Assembly: GCA_002633005.1 (NCBI GenBank)
Contig: NMRA01000515.1
Location: 124,001 to 188,000, forward strand
Origin: Phoronis australis
Taxonomy: Eukaryota; Animalia; Phoronida
Direction: 5' to 3'
DNA: 64,000 bases
Positions 14,303 through 29,600 of the stretch are shown in pieces (the first letter of the stretch is position 1; each line of letters starts with the position of its first letter). The notes beneath the pieces were generated by a model. That model was not told where the DNA came from. It saw only the letters and a list, made by a program, of their open reading frames with translations, and did no database searches. Made by a program: the position numbers and the translations under genes.

Positions 14303-15150
14303 TTCACCGCCAAAGTTAATAAATTTCAAAATTAGATTTCAGTGAGATCACTCACTGCCCGATTTCCATCTCGCAAAATGCCAACGTAAACCTGTCCATT
14401 ATCAAAAGGGGTGGTTCAAGTATTACGTTTGCTCAGTTTATGGGTCACTGTAAAACTAAAGTCCTTAAAAGGAGTTTTTACTAAAAATTATATATGGAAA
14501 CTTTTTTTTGTGCGTGTTCATCCAATCCGTAAGGGAATTTGAATATTCATTTCATCCTTTCAACCCCCTACTTAGCTTAGCCCACAAGCCGGAAACTTCG
14601 GCATTGAACCCCGCCATTTTTAAATGCTAAGTCAAGACAAAGCGCTCTGGTTGACATCAATATTACCTAGGACAATATCAAAGATATTACACAGGAGCAG
14701 ACCTCATCATCGAAAAGTGCTTGTAAGTTTCACAAGAAACAACGTGTTATTGACAATTTCCAAATGAAACGATGACATTTGAACATTTGCATTGTCCATT
14801 CCCAATATTTACTGACAATTTTTGTATAATTTCGGTGACAGCATGGTGACAGTCACTCCTGAAAAGAAGACACAATTTATTTGGTGAAACAAAATTTCTC
14901 CTAGGCTGTTGCTTTGCCATCAAATTTGCTTGTTTTTAGGATGCTACAGATTGCATTCTGTATTCAGTCAAGGTGGAATTTACGTACAACATCTGTCTCG
15001 TAATGTCTCAATGACATCCGGCAGTTGACTTCATTTTTTTGGTTTGCAGAGCCATACAACGCTGTTTCTGATGGGATTTTTCTATTTCTCTATGTATAGA
15101 TCATTTCAAGCGTTCGCAAAAAATACAAATAGTGTAGTAATAGCCAAGAT

Positions 15151-15218
15151 CACCCGACTCGGGAATCGAACCAACGACCCCCATAAAACCGGCAAGCGTG
15201 CTAACCATTCAGCTGCTA
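15151..15218 (-). repeat. tRNA-derived (SINE-head-like) fragment
   Basis: minus strand shows box A AGCTGAATGGTTAG and box B GGTTCGATTCCC. Confidence 0.45.
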
Positions 15219-18200
15219 AAAGGCAAGGCAAGCCCGTTAGCGAGTAGCTAACAGAGGCTCATATAATTCACCGGAAGCACATCTACAACAATAGTAATGT
15301 GCCATTATACTTTCTTTTTCGATTGAACTTACCGGCGGTTCTCGAAATTTTCCGATGATTGTCCTCCAATTAATTAAGTTTTTGTGCCATATCTTTGGCA
15401 TCCCTTGACAGATCTGTCTAAAATTTGGTATGTTGGTAGATCTTTTCAAGCGTTATCAGCACTGTGAAACCCGTTTCTGGCTAGAACTTATCGTTCTTAC
15501 AATATTAAAGATTTACTGCTTAGATGACTGTTCTTTTGTTGTCTTATTTCTTATATCATATCATATTTATACTGGTGACCGCATTTGTCCAATTATCTCC
15601 ATATATAACCTGATGTGGTATTTTCAAATAGAAAATCATGACATTATCTGGACATAAGCAATGCCAATTGGCCATTTCTATCAATTTGCCTAATTATTTT
15701 TCAGCATGTTATAACCAACATCAATTTCCATGACATGTTGTTTAGCAGTTCCAGGTGAGTCAACTCGTTGATGAAACAATCTTTCCACCTGTTAATTGGG
15801 ATGAAACTTTATTTAATTTGGCTAATAGATTTCTTTTGACATGATGTTGAGACTTTTCTTCCAATTTTGGATGGGTTTGGGACATTCTGCAGTCATTTTT
15901 GTTACTTTTGGTGTTTGCCTGTATCCTGCAAATCTCTCCACGAATCATGAACTTTGGGAGGTATACGTTCCAACAGGGACTGTTCATATTGGCAGTCTAC
16001 TAGTAATGAGAGCGAGAAAGCGACTTCTGTTTGATCCCTACTACGTAGTGGTTAAATTCACTTATTTATTTTAGCAGCTGGGATCGAAATACTCCTGCTT
16101 TATCTTTCGCATCCACCGACTAGGCAGCCCTGGATTCTCCTTTACAGTGGGAAATGTATGGGACATGATGCCCTTCATCCATGGATATTTCAAGATGATG
16201 TTTCTCCTTTTCCCTAATCCATAAATATATCTCACCACAAAATTTGGTGGCATTATTACAGCAGGAAAGGTGTTAAAATGCTGTTTATACCACTGGAATG
16301 AAACCTCCTGTCCTCATTACATGGGATATGTTGGTGAAGCTGAATGCCTGTCCACCAGACGTTATCGCTGTCTGGCGGGATTGTGAATTTCAGTATGGCG
16401 CGGCAATTTTGGAAGTCAGCTACTGAAAGAGCACACTAATTGATGTTTTTTTTTACAGAAATGTCCTATAATGTGGTGCTCTTCAGTGGGAATTGTTTTT
16501 TGTCTCTGTCTCAATATGTGAAATTCCTTGATGTTTTCTTCATGAAATTTGGTATTGTGTTCAGTTGAGATCACGGTGAACTTGATTTTGGGTTGTGTAC
16601 GAGTACTGTTTCTCGTAGTGGCAATTTAGGTTTTCTTTCTTTACGTCAAGTACCACCTTCATTTGGTAAATTTACATAAAATTTTGCATATAAATTATTT
16701 TTCTAAAGGACGATGGCAGCTTCTCAGCTTCAGATGGATTTGACCTAATTTACTCTATAGACTGTTTTAATTATTTTTGTGTCTATTTTTGACATTTGCC
16801 ACTGTTTTTTTCTTCATGCATAAAATTTGGTATAATTGAGTTTGAATTGAGGAGAGAATGGCTGATTTCGGGATGATTCCGATTATTTTTACAGTACTGG
16901 CATACCCTCAGTAGTAGCTATTAAAATTTTGTTTCCGTGTGTTTCACTATAGTGCACACTTTCTGACAAATTGACATTTTAGTGCCTCCTAGTCGTCATT
17001 GTGATTATTTGGCATCTGCCTTTCTGTCCTCTCCCAAACCGATTAAAGATTGAACATGAATGTTGGCAGATGTATTTCTATTGAGCACATGGCTGACATT
17101 AATTTTTGGACAAATGAACAGTAGTGCAATGTTGGTTTTCTTTACGTCTGATGGATCACTGCATATTAAGGTGTTCCTGTTGGGGAGATTGAGCAGTGTT
17201 GCAATTTGGTTATCATTTACATTGGCCTTAACAAAGTTCTTTGGTAGATCATCAAATTTGGCATGTATTCCTATTGGGTAAAATGGTGCTGTTTTTTGAA
17301 CATAACTGTCAAGCTATCACAACCCTAAGTGCCATTGTGTCTGCTTGTGAAGTTTTTCAATGGATCTTTGTGAAATTTGTCTTAGACGTTTCTTAAGAGG
17401 AAAACTCAACTGATGTTGATTTTTGAATATATTCAACTAGTGGGAATTTTTGAAAAATGTGTACTTGTTATATCTTTACCATTTACAGTCCACATGGTAG
17501 GAGCATATCAACACTTTGTGTAGCTGTTGTAAAGTTTCATTGGGCAATGAAGACTTTCTTAGAGAACCTTGTTTTCTAATTTCAGTTAAGTTCCTTAGTG
17601 TGTAAGAAGTCAATGCTCTGGACGGTGTTTGAGGGGTGAAATGATTACAGACAAGGCAGACACTGAATGCATAGCTGTAGCTCACGCTGATGGAGGACAC
17701 TACTGTAGTTCTCCCAAAGGTTCACCGCGTCCGCAATGTCACTCATTGCCCATAACAACTGGACAATGTAAGTAGAATCTAGACTTTGCCTATTTTTCAC
17801 AACCAGTGGCTTCAATTCAATGAGTATATCAGGTAAACAAACCATCCATCACCTCGAGGTAAAAGGTAGGACACGTGGAAACCTTGCATCAGCGGCAATT
17901 TCCAGCGAATTTGACTGTCAAGTCTTAGACTCTGTTGCTACGAAACGCTGAGTCCGAAATTTAAGAAACACAATGAATGCCATAATTGCCATTGCTCTAG
18001 TCTTTAGAATCAAGAGAATTCAGTTTCTGCTAGAATATTGGTGTCCCAATTTTGAGAGACTGTCTCAAATGAGACATTTTTAGATCTTAGCTTTCAAGCA
18101 TGAGTGTGTCCAATACTTTCAGATTGTTCAGGAATTATCACATGTTAAGTTGCTGGGCAACAAATAGGATTTTATTACTAAAATATGTACACAATTCACA

Positions 18201-18589
18201 ACAATAAATACACAAGAACAACTCTATTACCATTATCAGAAAGACATTAACATCTTCCTGTTATTATGCAGTTTGACACACTAACTTGTTACAAATTGAT
18301 TCACAACATCTATTCAACTGTTAATTCATCCCTATCTCCCCCAAAAAATGTTTTGTTTACAAAAGGCAACTGACATGTTGCAGCTACATGAATTTCAAAT
18401 AATTGAGCAGCACTATATTATACCCACTCAATCAACACTAGCAGTGCTTGATAGTGTCTTAATTCACCAAAGCCCAATTAAATATCCATGAATAATTGAG
18501 ACATTTTATGAGTGAGTGGTCGCAGGATCACTTGAACTTCCAGACTTTGAAGTCCTCGCTATGTCGACCCAGGTTATTGTCCCATGCAC

Positions 18590-18980
18590 ACATGGCCTAC
18601 CCTAGAACAACTTGCCCCACTTTTAAGTGGAGCGTCCACACACACACATATCCGATAACTAGGGTAAGGCGGAAGTTGTTGCTCTGTGCGTGACAATGAT
18701 CTAACACCTAATGCCAAAATGGTGTGCAAGAGAAAACTTGTCTGTGTGTAACCACAGCTGATACTTACTTCCGTCTCACTTCACTTTTGTGGCCACACAG
18801 CATATAGAAGTGGCGCAAGTTACTGTAGAACAAGTTACCCCACCTTGATAATGTGGAGTAAGTTGTCACAAGTGGAATAAGTTGCACTAGTTTAAACAGC
18901 ACCCACACAACCTCCAAAGCTAGCGACAACTTGTCCCAGGAGTACTGTAACTTGTTCTAGGGCAAGTCTGTGGACAGCTG
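18590..18980. repeat. dispersed MITE-like family, copies also at about 12520-13270 (interrupted) and 30410-30800
   Basis: shared TACCCTAGAACA / AACAAGTTGTC / GGGTAACTTGT motifs. Confidence 0.55.
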
Positions 18981-20302
18981 TCTAGTTTCCAAACGTCATC
19001 AGAAATTAATAACTACTGCCCTACTAAGTTATATAGCCTGGTATCAAGAAATTATGAAATATAAGTTCTTACCAAGCCAAGAAAACACATCATAGTACTG
19101 CAATATGTGCTAACTTGATAGAATAATGTGGGTACCAGTGGAAAATGAATTCAATATATGACTTCTACAGCATGTTTAATCGGCCTAACCGCCATAGCCA
19201 GGGACAAAAACCTAATTTTCTAGACTTAAATAAGGGGCATCTGGAAGAGCTTCAACAATTTTGCATGTCTGAGATACGCGTGTGCTGGTCTCTGAAAAAC
19301 GTCCTTGATCACTAAAATGCACCCAATCTGAACACCACTTATTCCAAAGAACAAAAACTCTCCAGGTGATGTGGTCAGTGATCTTTGAATCAAATTTGGT
19401 TTGCTTGAAAGCATGTGTAAATACACTGAACTAGAATATTATGGTGACAGTCAGTACCAGCATTGTGGAAGAAATAAATAGCACGATATTTAGACATACT
19501 GAAGTTCAAATGTTGTCTCGTAACTAAGGCACCATTGATTATCCAAAACCAAACGAGATTCTGTTGCATAAAAAATTTTTGAATTCATAAAACATGTTTT
19601 AAAATTAAAAGTCAAACTGACACATCTATTTCATTTTACATTGAAATTCATAATAACAGTGTGCCAGACAGCTTTTCATAGCTTTGCATTAAACAGACCC
19701 TGTCGACACCCACTAACACAACACAAATAGCCTCACCAACTTTGTGCATGCTATTAAATGCTGCAATATGTAACTTGATCGAAAAAATCTTCATTATTAT
19801 TCTTGCAAAAATATAAAGACTCCTGGAAAACTGTCACATTGTTGTACTCCATTGCACCTAACTACAGGGATGATTGGCCCGAGTTAAGTAGTCATATTGT
19901 GTCAATGTATATTTCATGGCCCAATGATAGGGGGCGCTGTCCTAAATAAAATTTTCCTGTGACTTGCCATTTATGACAAACCAAACTATCTCATTTTCAA
20001 TCTGAATATGAAATTGACACACGCTTACAAATTATCCAAGGTCTTAAGTGTTTTGAGCTCAGTAAAACTATCCAGTACACAAATGCACACTACTTTCTCA
20101 ACACTGCAAAATTTTCCCCTATGTGAAGAACTTGATGTCACATTTCCGTGCATTCATTTGTGTTCTGTTCACATACACATGATTAGGGTGTTATCGTCTA
20201 TTCTGGATTACAATTTAACCAGACAGTGACTTAGACAACGCACCATAGAACTAGCATCTACATTCATGTGGTACTGTGGTTGCTTCACATTTGAGCACTT
20301 GC

Positions 20303-20632
20303 TCATAAATCATCATCAACCAATGACAAGTCACCTTCAGGTTGCATGTGTCTTTTCATGTCTGATATAGAGTCTAAATCAGAGTTGTCATCACTGAATG
20401 CCATTTCTCTGCTGAGAGTTGGGTAGCTGCGGTTACCTTGCTCACTATTGGCAGCTTCATCACTGTTTGATGGAACCAAAGCTTTAACTTCAGTCTGAAC
20501 ACTGTCGCCGCCAAGTGCTCCTCCCATAGAGGGGTAAGGAGGATTTTCAATTTTACATGGTTGTTCATCTGAGTTCTCCACAGGTCCTCCTCGTGGTGAA
20601 TGGTAAGCAGGTGGACTACTGTTCGTCCTTAT
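20303..20632 (-). CDS. terminal exon, low-complexity acidic tail containing PVENSD
   Basis: tttcag acceptor, 110 codons ending in TGA. Confidence 0.7.
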   Translation of the reverse strand: MRTNSSPPAYHSPRGGPVENSDEQPCKIENPPYPSMGGALGGDSVQTEVKALVPSNSDEAANSEQGNRSYPTLSREMAFSDDNSDLDSISDMKRHMQPEGDLSLVDDDL

Positions 20633-23600
20633 CTGAAACAGCAATTCACATGAAGTTTTTCTTCCTGCAGACTATGCCATCAACAAGTTCAGTGTTTGTT
20701 GGGATTGGATGCTATTTATTGAAACTCAGCCATAAGGATAAAAATTGTCACCAGTGACAGAACAAACTGTCACTGGTAACAATTTGAATAGGTTTTACTT
20801 TCCCTGCCTGCCCAAATTAATGCTTCAGCAACATGTAGTGCTGATACTATCGCTTATAAAATCATCCTCACAATAAAAAAGTCTGCAGAGTGAGGGTTTT
20901 TATATTGTTTTGCACTAGCTGGTGGTCAAAGATGATGTAAGGCCTTTGCAGTGGAGACATGCTGTGGCATAACTAGGAAACTCGATTGGAGAGTTGAATG
21001 TGTACTGAAATGTAACTGAGCCAATGTGTACTGTGTGTTTAACACATTTTAAACTTTTGAAATGGTCAAGGTAGCATCTGGTTTTAAATTGAACACAAAT
21101 ATTTTATTTGAATAGATTAAACATTTTTGCATGTTTTACCAAAGCAGGTTCTTTGTGATACAATCAAATTGAACTTTGTGAACAAAAACACACAACTAAA
21201 GGTTTACGGAGGGCATCAATGCTAAATGTTGGATTTTTGACTATATCGAAATTGTCTGGGCCTTTGGTTTTTCATGTGCATTTTTCTAAAAAATAAAATT
21301 GTTGGTTTTTGTTTTTATGAAAAGATGTAATCAATTTTGATCTAAATCAGGTATTTATTTTTGATCCTATTTCTGAAAATCTTAATCTATATCGGGCAAT
21401 ACATAGCACACATGAATAGTAAAAATATCCTTGAAATTTAAATTAACGTAAACTGCAAATCGGTCAATAATGACATCACTGTACTACGATATGCACCTTC
21501 ATCATAACAAACAACAGAACATACAGCCATATTAGTTTTGACTCAGAATACTCTTAAATCTTAGACAAAAAGCTCAAAGTGTTACATTAACTTTACAGAA
21601 ACATATTATGATAAATGTAAAACCCAAAACAAATGACCACTAAATTTGGTTAACTTCGGAACACCACATGTCAGAAATGGACGACTGGATTCATAGGAAA
21701 TTTTCATATGCTTCATGCACGGTTCTCCAAAAAGCAACAGGACTTGTTTTTAAATGTTTATTTTGGCATGAAGGATTAGTGCAAAACAGTATAAAAACCC
21801 TCACTCTGCAGACTTATGATTTTCACGGAGTTAAAATCTACAGTTTTGTAGATATTTGGCTAAATACACAGAGTTGTCAATATGGTCCTACATAAGGTCC
21901 TACATAAGGTCCTACATATGGTCCTACATATGGTCCTACATATGGTCCTACATAAGGTCCTACATATGGTCCTACATATGGTCCTTCATATGGTCCTACA
22001 TATGGTCCCGCATATGGTCCTACATAACCCCAGAGCTTTGCTATTAGAACTCTGGTATCTTAGTCACTATGTTCAGTAAACTCATAGCATTACACGCAGA
22101 TGTAAAGTTGATGTTGACAAACACCAGGTAGACCGCATGAACTTCAAATCTACTACATTCATAAGTTCATAGTGATGGCAGTCACTATAAATCGGACACA
22201 CTATTATCACCAATTTGAGTAAACGTGTCCATCAAAAGAACAAAAAAGTGAAAAAAAAACGATCAAATTTGTTAGGCAGCTCTTATCACTATCAGCTTAT
22301 TTGTAAGGGTGTGAAATTGCATTATTCGCAGAAAAAAAAAACCCTTATGGTATGCTCAGGAATTTTGATTGTCCAGTTTATCTGGCTATTCAGAATGGTC
22401 CATTACTATGAAAATGGGTTACGGACAGCATTGCATTTTCGTTTGATGTCGAACATACTGTACAAAGAAATGTTACACAATTTAAAAAGAGGCCTTTCTA
22501 CTTACCTTACATAATGTACAACAAGATCAATTAACTTTTGATCACAACATTTAAAATACTATAAGAACGAATGTTCATATCACTGACTTCATTAGAATAT
22601 ACGTAACGGAAAGTCACCTGTCAGAGTCATGGATGTTTTTGAAGCCACTAGCTTTTGGTTTCATCTCGAGGCCCGCCATTCCACCTGAAGAAGGTTTCAA
22701 GATGATACCGAGAGTTACTGGCTTCAAAAACTTTCACAACTTTGAAAGGTGACTTTCCATTACCCATTTAAAATACTCATTCTGTAATAAATTTTTCTAT
22801 TAGCCAGATTTGAAAAAAACTAAATTATCCAAATCAACCCTGTAGTTAAAATTCCAACCTTATGATCGTCAAGACTTTGAGCTTTTCCCATTCCACGTCT
22901 TTTTGGCACTGGAACAAAAAATTATTTAGTCCTTCAATGGAAGCAATATAACATTAAGTGAACAATGTATGACTTTAAGACTTAAGGCAGAAATTCCGTC
23001 TCCCTATTACTGAACAAAGTTTTTGCATTACTAATCATCAAAGTTTAGCAACATAACCTTGACTGTTAACTAATAGTTTTGGATGTTTTCAGAGACTTTG
23101 ACTTTGTTGAATTGAGATTTTCTTCCAAACATAGTGCCAAATAGTTGCGTGGAGTATTTGAGCATTTGACAAAATGTTTGACACATGTTTGATGTCAGTT
23201 TTCAGACTTCAAATCCACGAATGCTGCCACTAGGAATATCGGACATAGTAAACAATTTGCCTCCATGTGACTAACAAACAGTACATTTACGGTATGTACT
23301 TTCAGTTGATGTTAACCAAAATCAGTAGGTAGTCTGCCTTTTCCAAAATGTTTTTTGTGCCTACCCCAACTGTTGCATTCGAGCTTCTCAATTCAAATGC
23401 CTAGTAAGATGTCATTGACTTTTAATTATTATATGTGACATACGGTACTCGAAGAACCTGTTGATCAATAAGAGGTCTCTTATGAGTTTTATCTCTGGTG
23501 TTTTCTGCAATGGGCCCAACCATGAGACCTGCACACGTCTGATGCACTGCAAAAGACCTGCACTCGTTTTCATGGTACCCGAAAAAAGGAGACCATCAGA

Positions 23601-26600
23601 CAGTGTCATTTCTCATGCAACAGAATAACTATGTTTGGGGTATGGTGTTCCAATAGCTCTATGACTGTTGAGTTCATACCTTGAATGTAATTCGTCTTGA
23701 GTCACAAGTTGGGAAGCAGCATTGCATTACTGAGACTATTAAAACACCTAGCTGCTTGGACTGCATGATATGCACATCACTGCAAATGTACCAGTGCAAC
23801 ATTGCGCAATCCATCGTTATGTGATGAAGTGTAATTTGCTATTAGATTGATTTCCTTTTTCATGGTTTAAGTTAAACAATTAGGCGAAACACCAAAAGAA
23901 ATTACGTACCGCCTCTAGCATGTCTTTCAAGGTCTTGAATGATATCAATTCGATCCATTTGTTCCAGTATTAGGATGACCTCTGAAAATTGCCTTTTGGC
24001 AAAAGTCATCACCATATCTAAGACGATTGCTTTGGAAGGACTGTCACTTTTATCAAACTGGAGCTAAAATGAGATAAATTGTAGAAACCTGTACTCTAAC
24101 CTTTTAGTGGAAATGGTGAATAATTTATTCAACAAAACACTGCAGAATTTTTCTTCTCTTACACAATGTTGTTCTCTTTCAACAGTTATTAACCAAAAAG
24201 GAGTTTGGGTTCAGTTACTATTCAGAAGTTAAGCGACCACCTGTATCGGAGAACGGTGTCAGTTAACCATTGCAGCCCAAGTTAAACAGTATTGGATACA
24301 CATATAACGTGCTTTGGTTACCTTTGAAAAACATTTTGAAGTGACTTTGCCGAGTAACACATTAAACTGAACTTACAACATCATTTTGACTGTAATTTAG
24401 TTTACGAGCGAATGACAAGTGGTTTTTGCCTGGCAGAGTAGTTGGCCTTTCCAACCCCCTTATGAGATAGTCTCGCATGGTCTGGTCCATATCATACACC
24501 GTCTGCGGCCACATTGGATATGCTTCATAATTTGTGGGTCGTTGTTTCTGCGAAAACAATCAACGTACTTACACTGAAACTGATAGAACCTCTGTCAGTG
24601 GAAATATTCCATAAGCTACCTTGAACTTGACCTGTTAGAAGTTGCAAATTTCCCAAGTTGACATTGACTGGGTTAAAGCATTGCAACAAAGCATCCTATG
24701 TTTCTGTTTTACTAGCAATGGTTCATTATTTTGCATTAAGTAAGAGGACTGGAAAATACAATGTACTATATGAATACAAGGTAGCCAATGTCCCGTGCTA
24801 AAATTTCTGTAGGGGGCAGCACACTGGAGCATTTACGGTACCTACATGGAAGCGTGAAAATCAAGAATGAGTCAAAATTCAGGCAAATACAGTCTAATCT
24901 ATGGGCCAGTTAGGAGGACCTATTAGTCACATTTACTGTTTTCTGCATTATAACATATCACTTCATCTACTACCTCAGTTCCTAATGTTGCAATTATTGA
25001 TTGGTCTAAACCCAAACCCAGCATATAAATCCACAGTAGTTTCATGCACAATATGCTTGATCCTGGCATTAACGTTGTTGTTTTGTCATTAGCTTTGATC
25101 GGCTGCTGTGCATTTTCGTGTTAAAATTTGAATGCAATGGGTTATGCAAAACAACTTTTTATGTTCCTGTTAGCTTGAGTTAAGCAGTCACAGAGCACCA
25201 GTCAACATTAATTTTTCAAATTAAATAGTCTGTTATCTCATATGCGTTGAATCAGTCGAGTGCAATACGGCAACGTAATAATGTTTTCCGTATTCACCTA
25301 CCGCACTACTTCAACAGTGACCTCTGACATGGAAAGTTCAAAAGTTAGGTCAATGTCGACTCGACATCATTAGCCAGTCCGATCATCAAACTTTCCAAAA
25401 ATAGTTTAAAGTAATACAATTGCAACAGTGTAAATAACACATGCAATCAGGTCCCAAATGTAACATCTGGTACAAAACTGTTAATAATATGACACTTATG
25501 TCTCAGTTTTCGATTGTTAAATCTTATATCGTCTGCAACTCAGGTGCCGATTCCTTGGTAGGCCCCTAACTACAGTATCAAATATTGTTGTTATTTAACT
25601 ATTATCAGGAAAGGTTACAAGTTCAATGCACAATTACCATTGTTTTCATCTNCTACATGGAAGCGTGAAAATGAAGAATGAGTCAAAATTCAGGCAAATA
25701 CAGTCTAATCTATGGGCCAGTTAGGACCTATTAGTCACATTTACTGTTTTCTGCATTATAACATATCACTTCATCTACAGTCTAATCTATGGGCCAGTTA
25801 GGAGGACCTATTAGTCACATTTACTGTTTTCTGCATTATAACATATCACTTCATCTACAGTCTAATCTATGGGCCAGTTAGGAGGACCTATTAGTCACAT
25901 TTACTGTTTTCTGCATTATAACATATCACTTCATCTACTACCTCAGTTCCTAATGTTGCAATTATTGATTGGTCTAAACCCAAGCCAAGCATATAAATCC
26001 ACAGTAGTTTCATGCACAATATGCTTGACCCTGGCATTAACGTGGTTGTTTTGGTCATTGTCATTAGCTTTGATCGGCTGCTGTGCATTTTCGTGTTAAA
26101 ATTTGAATGCAATGGGTTATCCAAAACAACTTTTTATGTTCCTGTTAGCTTGAGTTAAGCAGTCACAGAGCACCAGTCAACATTAATTTTTCAAATTAAA
26201 TAGTCTGTTATCTCATATGCGTTGAATCAGTCGAGTGCAATACGGCAACGTAATAATGTTTTCCGTATTCACCTACCGCACTACTTCAACAGTGACCTCT
26301 GACATGGAAAGTTCAAAAGTTAGGTCAATGTCGACTCGACATCATTAGCCAGTCCGATCATCAAACTTTCCAAAAATAGTTTAAAGTAATACAATTGCAA
26401 CAGTGTAAATAACACATGCAATCAGGTCCCAAATGTAACATCTGGTACAAAACTGTTAATAATATGACACTTATGTCTCAGTTTTCGATTGTTAAATCTT
26501 ATATCGTCTGCAACTCAGGTGCCGATTCCTTGGTAGGCCCCTAACTACAGTATCAAATATTGTTGTTATTTAACTATTATCAGGAAAGGTTACAAGTTCA

Positions 26601-29600
26601 TTGCACAATTACCATTGTTTTCATCTTTGATATCTCTTTTCAAGTAAGAAATCGTTACATTTAAAACTGTTTCTTTTGCTAGAGAAAACTTGTAACCTAA
26701 CGCGCAAGTATATACATATGGGATATGATTCACCACGTTAACAGTCTGGGTGAAGTATTTAAAAAATCTGCCGAAAACGTGAAAGAAACTTAGGAAATCA
26801 AAGCGTGTGGGATAAACACAAGAAGTACCTCGATTCGCATAGATGAATTAATATCCCACTTGACATTATTCCACATATTGACCAAAGGTCAAGGTCGATA
26901 CGCGGAATAATGTGAAGTGGGACGTTAGTTCATCTACGCCACTCTCGGTACATTTTGTGTATTTATTTGAAATAAAAAATCACACTAAATTATTTTTAAG
27001 TTTATATTACAAAACAATGATTGCTTCACAACTCTTTAACAGACCTTAAAAAAAATTTACTCTCTGTTACTACCATGGTTTGAACACTTAACCATCAGCA
27101 AACAACATTTGGTAAAAAATTTTTGATTATTTACAGCAATGCAGTAAGACTTTGGAAAACAAAAATAATACAAATATTGTAATCTCCCCCAAAAACTGAA
27201 GAATTTTTACTGTTCAGTAATAACGTGAAATTGCTATGATAGTGACAGGGATTCAGGATTCACTTTTGCAAAATTGCAGGTCGCCTAATATAACCTCAGA
27301 TTTTGTTTGGTGACTGGTAACAATACCAGGCCACCATGCACTTATGTGAGTTCACACTCAAAATACTATGCGAGGTAAACAGTAAAACAGACTTAGCTGG
27401 AAGCGATCAGCAAAAATTGAAATCAACCGTTAATGAGTCATGCACAGGTAAGACAACCTGATATTGGGTGTATGCAGGGGAAACTGGTTGTTGCTGATCA
27501 TGCAAGACACTCCTAATATTACATTAGACTTAAATGCAGGTCATGGGCCATTTGTTCCTGCGTTCACCACCTTTGACTTCAGGTATCTTGTTTCATTTTT
27601 GGCTCTTGTTCTCGTTTGTAGTGACCAGAACTTTTGCAACCTCCCCATTCTTTGTTTTGCAAATCTCACTTCCGATTTGGCAAATCAACACCAGCTAGAT
27701 CCCAATATCATTTTTAAATGGCCACCCGTTATTTTTCAATTTCCAAATTTAAGAGCCCTGGGCATTAAGCAGTATGAATATGGTAAATAATCTACCTGTT
27801 GGGATTTTCCAGCAAAGACATGTTTGGTTTCCCTCTTAGTAGCTCTTCCGTTGTTATCCTTGACATAGCACAGCCTGAAAAGGCAGTCTCCGGCAAACAT
27901 AGCTCGATCTCTGAATTCTTTGAAGAATTCAACTCTGGCACATTTCGTGTAATAGCTTTCGTCCAACGTGGCATTGGCTTGCTCCAGTTTCTGTGTCTCG
28001 TGGTTGAGTTTTCCAAATTTAATTGCCAATGTTCCTGGCTCAGATAGTCCAGCCTGGAGCAGAAAAGAGCGGTGATCTTTAGGTAATCTCCAACAAAAGT
28101 GTTACAGAGTGTTCCAGTAAACATCAACCAAAATATACATGTGATCTTACAGCATTCTGATACCAAAATTCCAATTTTTCAAAATTAGCATACCCCCAGA
28201 TACTGCTTTCTCATTGTATACAGGCTCCTCCTGTTCACTCAACCCTTGACTGAGCTAAGCGGAATAAAAGATATTTTAATACTTAACTGCCAGAAAGTAA
28301 AGCCATGAATTGAATCCAGTTGGGATTCTGGAGGTCAAACCACTTACCTACACTGTGTTCACATAAATTTTCCAGTAATTTTAATTTACAATTTTGAAAT
28401 TCTGGATTCCAAAATATGGGAAGGCTGAGAAAGCAGTTTTAGAGGCGGCTCCACAATAATGTTCCATAGTTTTAACAAAGTGATTTACCTGCAAATAAAA
28501 TTCTCCCAGTTCCAATTTCTGAGTTGGGGGATTTAGTAGTATTAGCAAACAACCATCTTTAACTACTAAATTCTTGTCTATCTGCAAAAAACATGAACCA
28601 TCTTAGAATAAATCAAAATCAACAATCTAGAAATTACACATGATAAATACCCAACATTTCCAACACTTGACTAGTTATTGATCATCTGAATGTTGCAATC
28701 ACAACTGTGGAAAGGCCTTTTCGTACCAACTTAACTCTGGTTACTGAGGAGTAAACTGTAATCGCCCAGTGTTATTTCAGTTGTTTGAGGACAAATTGAA
28801 CATTTTTACAAATATTTCATGTAACATTGATCGAGAGAGACCCAGTTATTTTGTCTGATGTATGCGCATGCAAAGTTTCAATTTGACTACTAGCCCGGAG
28901 GTTATCATCAAGATAGGTTCAACATTAGTTACATGAAAGTAATTGTATGTCATGATGATACTGTTGATAAATTCAACAAAACTTACAAAAAACAACAACA
29001 TAAAGTGTAAATAGCTGCTAGCCTGTTTAAGCTTTGAGACACAAAATGACTCATCCGCAAAACAGTTTACAAGATAAAACAACTTCTTCAAAAGTTCCAA
29101 ATAAAAAATGCTAAAATTAATGTACAGCTGACCTATAAAATCATCCCAACCATGTAACACTGAACAATTATGGCAGCAGTGAGTATACCACTTATGCAGT
29201 TGTTGGACTGATAAGATGGAGTGCAGCCAGTCTATGAAACAGTTCAAAGTTACTGCTTTATCACATTCTAACTGACACACAGTGGTGGCAATTTTTGAAA
29301 ACCGAGACTCGCTTACCTTATTGAGTTTCTCCAGCAGTTTGGTAGTTTCCATAAGGTAGTTGATGTACAGCTTGTCGTTACCCTTGAATCGCTTCTTTTT
29401 TATTTCATGTAGGTCTGTTTTCAGGTGTGGAGCTTCATACCCAATTTTTTTCAAATGATTGCAGAATTCATCCTCCTAAAACAAAGTTATATGGATAACA
29501 GGAAGGAGAAAACAACAATACCTTCAGAAAAGGACACTTTGAACTTGAAACTTAGATGTTGCTTTATTTATTGCTGTATAGTTATGTTAAGTTATTGTTA

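Noticed and set aside
15151-15218. Functional tRNA genes here and at 2237-2304
   Set aside because: A and B boxes are present but there is no convincing cloverleaf; treated as SINE-like fragments.
21881-22026. Regular short repeats (also 12174-12428, 45661-45777, 57775-57924) as CRISPR arrays or repeat proteins
   Set aside because: Head-to-tail minisatellites with no unique spacers, in non-coding eukaryotic DNA with no cas genes.
24842-26626. Tandem duplication as a biological event (also 57481-58284)
   Set aside because: Near-identical copies joined exactly at a single N; most likely haplotype or contig-overlap assembly artefacts.
28846-29454. 202-aa minus-strand ORF as a stand-alone gene
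   Set aside because: Only 29475-29317 is exon-like; the rest is read-through past a GTAAGC donor.
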